Part shown: piece after piece, positions 59,512 to 64,000 of the stretch
Numbering within the stretch: position 1 is the first letter of the stretch
How the letters are laid out: each line of letters opens with the position of its first letter
NCBI GenBank assembly: GCA_965279375.1
Contig: OZ257156.1
Location: 4,672,001 to 4,736,000 of the forward strand
Origin: Gemmatimonas sp.
Lineage (GTDB): Bacteria; Gemmatimonadota; Gemmatimonadetes; Gemmatimonadales; Gemmatimonadaceae
DNA length: 64,000 bases
Reading direction: 5' to 3'
The notes under the pieces: generated by a model
Seen by the model: only the letters and a program-made list of their open reading frames with translations
What the model was told of the DNA's origin: nothing
Databases searched by the model: none
Made by a program: the position numbers and the translations under genes

Positions 59512-60663
59512 CTACAGGGCGCGACAGACCGCCGCGCGCTGCTGAACGATTGGCGGGACCAACCACGGCGACAGGGCGGGCCATCCCCCTGCCATACGAG
59601 CCCGCTGCACCACTCGGTCGTCGCGGAGCCCGTTCTTCTCGAATGCGTCAAGCGCGTGCAGCAGCAGAGGTGTGAGTTCGTTCGCGCGAGGGACGTCCGC
59701 CACGGCGGCGGCCAGCGCCTCGAGTCCGGTGCGCCGATCGGCGTCCGCACCGACGAGCAGTTCACGCGCCCGCAGGCACACGCCCACGAACCCGGCGTCC
59801 ACCGCGGCCAGCCGCAGTGACGGGGCCAACGTGCGGTCCTGTGCGATCGCCAACAGTCGGCCGTCGCGCAGGTCGATGCCGAGCGCTCGTAGCTGCAGCA
59901 CCGTCGCATGGCTGACTGAGGCTCCCTCGCGCGCCATGGTGGCCAGCCGCAGCGCCTGCGACGCCGCGACCGGCTGCTCCGCCTGACGTGCGGCGCGATC
60001 GAGCAGCCGCGCGCCGTGCTGAACGAGCGACCGGCCGATCATCGCGTCAAGCATCGTCGGCTGGTCGACGAAGTGCCGCGCCGCTGCAATCGTCTCTCGC
60101 GCGCGCAGCATCGCCATGTCGGCGTCTCCAACGAGCAGCGCGGAATCCGCCTCCGCTTCGCTCAGTCGCACGAAACGCTGCAGCGCCGGCCACGAGCGCA
60201 CAGGGAGCTCCCACGGGAGCTGTACGCCGCCTAACCCGGTCGTGTAGCCCCACAGCGCTGGCAGCGGGGCGCTCCGGGCCCACGCGCGCAAGCTCTGCTG
60301 CGCCTCCACCCCACTCGTCGCCGCCTCCGCACGCGCCGCAATCCAGACGCTCCCGTTCTCAGCATTCGGCTCGGCGCGATCGGCTGTGCGGGTGAGCGCG
60401 ACCACACGACGAAGCGCCGCCGAGTCGAGTGGGGGCGGGTTGCCGAGCGGGGCGATGACGGAGTCGAGGAGTGCGCGCATCGCCGAGCGACGGCGAAATG
60501 GTGCCAGATCGAGCCTGCCGGAGGCGGCCTCACGCGGCGTACGGCGGGCGCTGTCGCCAGCCACGATCACGGTCGCGGCCGTTCCGGTGGTCAGGACCGC
60601 CGCGATCACCAACAGCGTCGACCGTAGCAGCGTGACCGGAAGCGAGCGTGCGGTCGATGGCAT
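59512..60663 (-). CDS. Hypothetical exported/membrane-anchored helical protein
   Basis: Long ORF filling the gap, with an N-terminal hydrophobic segment; no family recognised. Confidence 0.6.
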   Translation of the reverse strand: MPSTARSLPVTLLRSTLLVIAAVLTTGTAATVIVAGDSARRTPREAASGRLDLAPFRRRSAMRALLDSVIAPLGNPPPLDSAALRRVVALTRTADRAEPNAENGSVWIAARAEAATSGVEAQQSLRAWARSAPLPALWGYTTGLGGVQLPWELPVRSWPALQRFVRLSEAEADSALLVGDADMAMLRARETIAAARHFVDQPTMLDAMIGRSLVQHGARLLDRAARQAEQPVAASQALRLATMAREGASVSHATVLQLRALGIDLRDGRLLAIAQDRTLAPSLRLAAVDAGFVGVCLRARELLVGADADRRTGLEALAAAVADVPRANELTPLLLHALDAFEKNGLRDDRVVQRARMAGGWPALSPWLVPPIVQQRAAVCRAL

Positions 60664-60835
60664 CAGGTGGGGCGGCGGGTGGGCACAGCGCGGCGATGCC
60701 GACAGGTCGGACGGAAGTCGTACGCCGCCCCCTCTCCCGAAATTCCGGACAGTCCGCACATTTCCTACGCACGGTCTGGCTGCGCGTCACGCATCGTCAC
60801 CCGTGCGCCCTCCTCTGTCACCACCCCTGCCGCCG

Positions 60836-61048
60836 ATGCCCCGAAAGCCCACAGTGCTCGCCAACACGCTGGACACCGTGAAGCGGTGCGCCAATGTCGT
60901 GCGTCGCATCATCGGCGTGCCGGACTACGATCGGTATCTCGTGCACATGACGACGCATCACCCGGACGTCATTCCGATGACGCCCCGCGAGTTCGAGCGC
61001 GTGCGCCTCAACGATCGCTACACGCAGCCTGGCTCACGCTGCTGCTGA
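60836..61048 (+). CDS. YbdD/YjiX (DUF466) family small protein
   Basis: IIGVPDYDRYLVHM..HHPD..PMT..EF...R...RY....SRCC; 70 aa from ATG 60836. Confidence 0.9.
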   Translation: MPRKPTVLANTLDTVKRCANVVRRIIGVPDYDRYLVHMTTHHPDVIPMTPREFERVRLNDRYTQPGSRCC

Positions 61049-62329
61049 GGGAGTCGGCGGCGACGCCGAGCGCGCAACGGTCGCGAGGAGCAGCGCTGCG
61101 GACAGCGACAGGGCCGCGCCTACGGTAAAGGCGAACGGCGCGCCAAGCCGGTCCCAGAGCGTGCCAAAGAGCACCGACGCAGGCAACGCCGCGATCCCGA
61201 TCGTCGCGTGATACCACCCGAACGCCGTCCCGCGCCGCGACGCGCCCACGAGATCGGCCACGAGCGCCTTCTCGCTCCCTTCGGTCAGCCCAAACACGAC
61301 GCCGTAGATCGCGAACAGCAGCCACGCATGCAGCGGGGTGCTCGCGCGGGCGAAGCCCACGTAGACGAGCGCATACAGCAGCCAACCCGAGACGATCAGC
61401 GGTCGCCGACCGAGCCGATCAGAGAGCGCGCCACCCGGTGTGCTCGAGGCGCTTTTCACCAGATGCAGCACCACCCACAGCAGCGGGATCATCGCCGTCG
61501 GCACCCCTAACTGCGACGCACGCAACAGCAGGAACGCGTCGGTGGAGTTACCGAGCGTGAAGAGCAGCATCGGTACCATCGTGATCCAGAACTGACTCGG
61601 CAGCGGCGTTCGATCGGCGGAGGCGTCGGATCCCGCGTTCATGGAATCGGGTGCTGCGCCTGCGCGCGCGGCGACCCGAGGTTCACGCACCATCACGACG
61701 GCCACCACGACCGCCAGCACGCCCGGGATCGTTGCCACCCAGAATAGGTGGCGCACCGGCATGTCGAGCAATCGCAGGCAGAGCAGCGCGACCAGCGGCC
61801 CGATCACCGCTCCGGCGTGGTCAGCCGCCCGATGGAAGCCAAACGCCCGCCCACAGTGCTCCGCCGGTGTGGAGGCCGCCAGCAGCGCATCGCGCGGCGC
61901 ACCACGAATCCCCTTGCCGACACGGTCCACAAGACGGATCATGAGCACTTGCGATGCGGAGTGCGCCACCGCCACCAGCGGACGCACCAGCGTTGCGATC
62001 GTGTAGCCCGCCACAATCAACGGCTTGCGACGCGCCACCCGGTCCGACCACCAGCCGCTCGCCAGCTTCAGCAACGCCGCCAGCGACTCGGCGCCTCCCT
62101 CGATCACACCCACCATGCTCGCCGACGCTCCCAGCGTGCCTACCAGAAACAGCGGCAGCAGCGGCGCGATGATCTCGCTGGATGCGTCCGTGAGCAAGCT
62201 GACGAGCGCCAAGGCCACGACGTTGCGACTGGGGCGCCACGGCGCCGCGGCCACACGCGCCCGGTCCGGCGCCGACGCATGCACACGCTGATCGTCCGCT
62301 GATGCCGACTCGTTGGCTGGTGCCTTCAT
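61034..62329 (-). CDS. MFS transporter
   Basis: VSLLTDASSE, DRVGKGIRGAPRDALLA, GRAFGFHRAADHAGA, LSDRLGRR; about 12 TM segments. Confidence 0.93.
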   Translation of the reverse strand: MKAPANESASADDQRVHASAPDRARVAAAPWRPSRNVVALALVSLLTDASSEIIAPLLPLFLVGTLGASASMVGVIEGGAESLAALLKLASGWWSDRVARRKPLIVAGYTIATLVRPLVAVAHSASQVLMIRLVDRVGKGIRGAPRDALLAASTPAEHCGRAFGFHRAADHAGAVIGPLVALLCLRLLDMPVRHLFWVATIPGVLAVVVAVVMVREPRVAARAGAAPDSMNAGSDASADRTPLPSQFWITMVPMLLFTLGNSTDAFLLLRASQLGVPTAMIPLLWVVLHLVKSASSTPGGALSDRLGRRPLIVSGWLLYALVYVGFARASTPLHAWLLFAIYGVVFGLTEGSEKALVADLVGASRRGTAFGWYHATIGIAALPASVLFGTLWDRLGAPFAFTVGAALSLSAALLLATVARSASPPTPSAAA

Positions 62330-63543
62330 CGCAAGCGGACGACGCGTGGAAAGAGGAGCTGCTGGCGTACTGGCGACGCCAGCAACGCTGGGTACTCGAG
62401 AAGCAAGTCACGATCGCGGAAACTCCAGCGCCCACCGGACACGAAAGCGCACGGGCCGCGCTGGTGCAACGGGAGTGGACGGCAGCCGGACTTCAGGCGA
62501 CGCGCATCGACGCGGCCGGCAACGTGATCGCGCGGGTCACCGCAAATCCAACGATCGCCATCGCGCACGACCATTCACCGGCGCGCGCACCGCTCGTCTG
62601 TCTTGCTCACCTCGACACGGTCTTTCCCGCCGAAGCGCCACTGCGCGCGCAACGCGTCGGATCGCAGGTGCACTGTCCGGGCATCGGCGATAACAGTCGT
62701 GGCCTAGCCGCCACCATCGCACTGGCGCACGCGTTGCAGTCCCCCGCCATTCGCACGCGTCTGACCCGTACCGTAGAGCTAGTGGCAACCGTTGGCGAGG
62801 AAGGCGAAGGCAATCTGCGCGGCGCGCGCGCCTACTTCGACGAACTTCAGGCGCACGGACTCGACGCGTACGCCGCGATCGCCATCGATGGACCGGGCGA
62901 CAGCACGATCGTACATCATGCGGTAGGCTCGGAGCGAGTGCGCATTCACTTCACCGGACACAGCGGCCACAGCTGGGTGAATGCAGGCACGCCAAATCCG
63001 GTGCATGCGGCCGGCGCGCTCATCGCGATGCTCGCGCGGCTGGCCGAGCATGAGCGACCGCACGCCGCCATCACGGTGAGTCGCATGGGCGGCGGTGAGT
63101 CGCTCACCAGTATTCCGCGCGCCGCGTGGATCGACGTGGACATTCGCGCCATGGACGCCGCACGCGTGACACGACTGCACGCCAGCATCCTGCAGCTCGC
63201 ACAGCGCGCCGCGGACGATGAATCGCGCGCACGGCCCGCGCTTGGCTTGCTCGTGCACACCGAACCGCTGGGCAGTCGCCCAGCCGGCCATCTCGATGCC
63301 GAACACCCACTCGTTCAGACCGCCGCGCGCATTACCGAACGCGTCGGACGCGCACCGCGTTCAGGATCGGCCTCCACCGATGCGAACGTGCCGTTGTCGC
63401 GCGGCATTCCGGCGATCGCCATCGGTGCGGGGGGCAGCGGCGGCGATGCGCACACGCTCAGCGAATGGTTTGACGACAACGAAAGCGACGTGGGGCTGAC
63501 GCGACTGATCGACTTGGTTGTCTCGGTTGCCTGCGCACCGTAG
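62302..63543 (+). CDS. M20/M25/M40 family metallo-hydrolase
   Basis: AHLDTVFP, PGIGDN, TVGEEGEGNLRG, GHSW, STDAN, AHTLSEW. Confidence 0.9.
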   Translation: MPTRWLVPSSQADDAWKEELLAYWRRQQRWVLEKQVTIAETPAPTGHESARAALVQREWTAAGLQATRIDAAGNVIARVTANPTIAIAHDHSPARAPLVCLAHLDTVFPAEAPLRAQRVGSQVHCPGIGDNSRGLAATIALAHALQSPAIRTRLTRTVELVATVGEEGEGNLRGARAYFDELQAHGLDAYAAIAIDGPGDSTIVHHAVGSERVRIHFTGHSGHSWVNAGTPNPVHAAGALIAMLARLAEHERPHAAITVSRMGGGESLTSIPRAAWIDVDIRAMDAARVTRLHASILQLAQRAADDESRARPALGLLVHTEPLGSRPAGHLDAEHPLVQTAARITERVGRAPRSGSASTDANVPLSRGIPAIAIGAGGSGGDAHTLSEWFDDNESDVGLTRLIDLVVSVACAP

Positions 63544-63559
63544 CGACGCAACCGATTCG

Positions 63560-64000
63560 CTATGCGCCCACCACTTCGAAGGCGGGCGCAGACGGCATTG
63601 ACTTGAAGAAGTGCGTGCGCGCTGTATGCCCGGTTCGCCCTCGCACGTAGCGATCGCGCCAGCTCGACATGAATCGATCGGCCTCGTCGCGACGCACCAT
63701 CGCCCACACGCTGCCGCCAAAACCCGCGCCGAATGCGCTCGATGCGACAGCGCCCAGCTCGTTCGCCAGCGAAACGAGTGCGACGGTGGCCGGGATCTGA
63801 TTGTCGAGCGCACGTTCGGCACCCGCCTGCGACGTTGCCACGAACCGACCGAAGCTCTCGAGATCGCCGGCGGCGAGCGCCTCGGCGGCACCGGGTACCG
63901 ACACAAAGGTCTCTTCGTGAAACTGCCGAACCCGTGCTTCGAGTCGGTCCGCGCGGAACTCGTCGTTCGCGCCTGCGCGCGCAGCATCGATCAAGGCGAG
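63560..64000 (-). CDS. GHMP kinase (galactokinase-like), C-terminal part only
   Basis: SAFGAGFGGSVWA motif; the gene starts beyond the right edge. Confidence 0.8.
   Translation of the reverse strand, partial: LALIDAARAGANDEFRADRLEARVRQFHEETFVSVPGAAEALAAGDLESFGRFVATSQAGAERALDNQIPATVALVSLANELGAVASSAFGAGFGGSVWAMVRRDEADRFMSSWRDRYVRGRTGHTARTHFFKSMPSAPAFEVVGA

Noticed and set aside
61040..61048. Selenocysteine read-through at the TGA after Cys-Cys in YbdD/YjiX
   Set aside because: Both terminal residues are ordinary Cys codons, TGA is the usual stop here, and I saw no convincing SECIS.
62302..62329. Head-to-head overlap of the MFS and M20 genes
   Set aside because: Most likely start-codon uncertainty; both N-termini are poorly constrained.

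Overview
This is a GC-rich, densely coding bacterial chromosome segment; gene content and style suggest Gemmatimonadota, but that is an inference. No rRNA, tRNA, CRISPR array, transposase or integrase is visible. From left to right it carries: an acyl-CoA dehydrogenase/ETF/FadF-like cluster; a large Ig-repeat surface lipoprotein; a four-gene transglutaminase/CP-ATP-grasp/alpha-E operon; and a ~6.3-kb two-gene island (LCAT/PGAP1-like lipase plus caspase-STAND NTPase-TPR-like protein) bracketed by a 132-bp duplication of the last operon gene's 3' end. Next come DJ-1, a PAS chemoreceptor, SprT, an Mhq-like esterase/dioxygenase pair, a non-coding element with 38-bp-period and inverted repeats enclosing a long strand-biased hairpin, a metallophosphoesterase, isocitrate dehydrogenase and cstA. 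These are followed by a LacI-controlled TonB/GH144/ABC/GH1 beta-glucan locus with GDPD, a second MCP, an OprB porin, a PAS kinase, a CheB/CheR fusion, an Amun-like HhH protein, GH30, a LytS/LytTR pair, a PASTA protein, hldD, YbdD/YjiX, an MFS transporter, an M20 hydrolase and a partial GHMP kinase. The best candidates for an undescribed system are the integrase-free lipase + caspase-STAND island (putative protease-activated defence module), the structured non-coding element at 27.15-27.51 kb, and the Cys1-to-Pro Ntn-transglutaminase fusion. All family calls come from motif recognition only; no searches were run.
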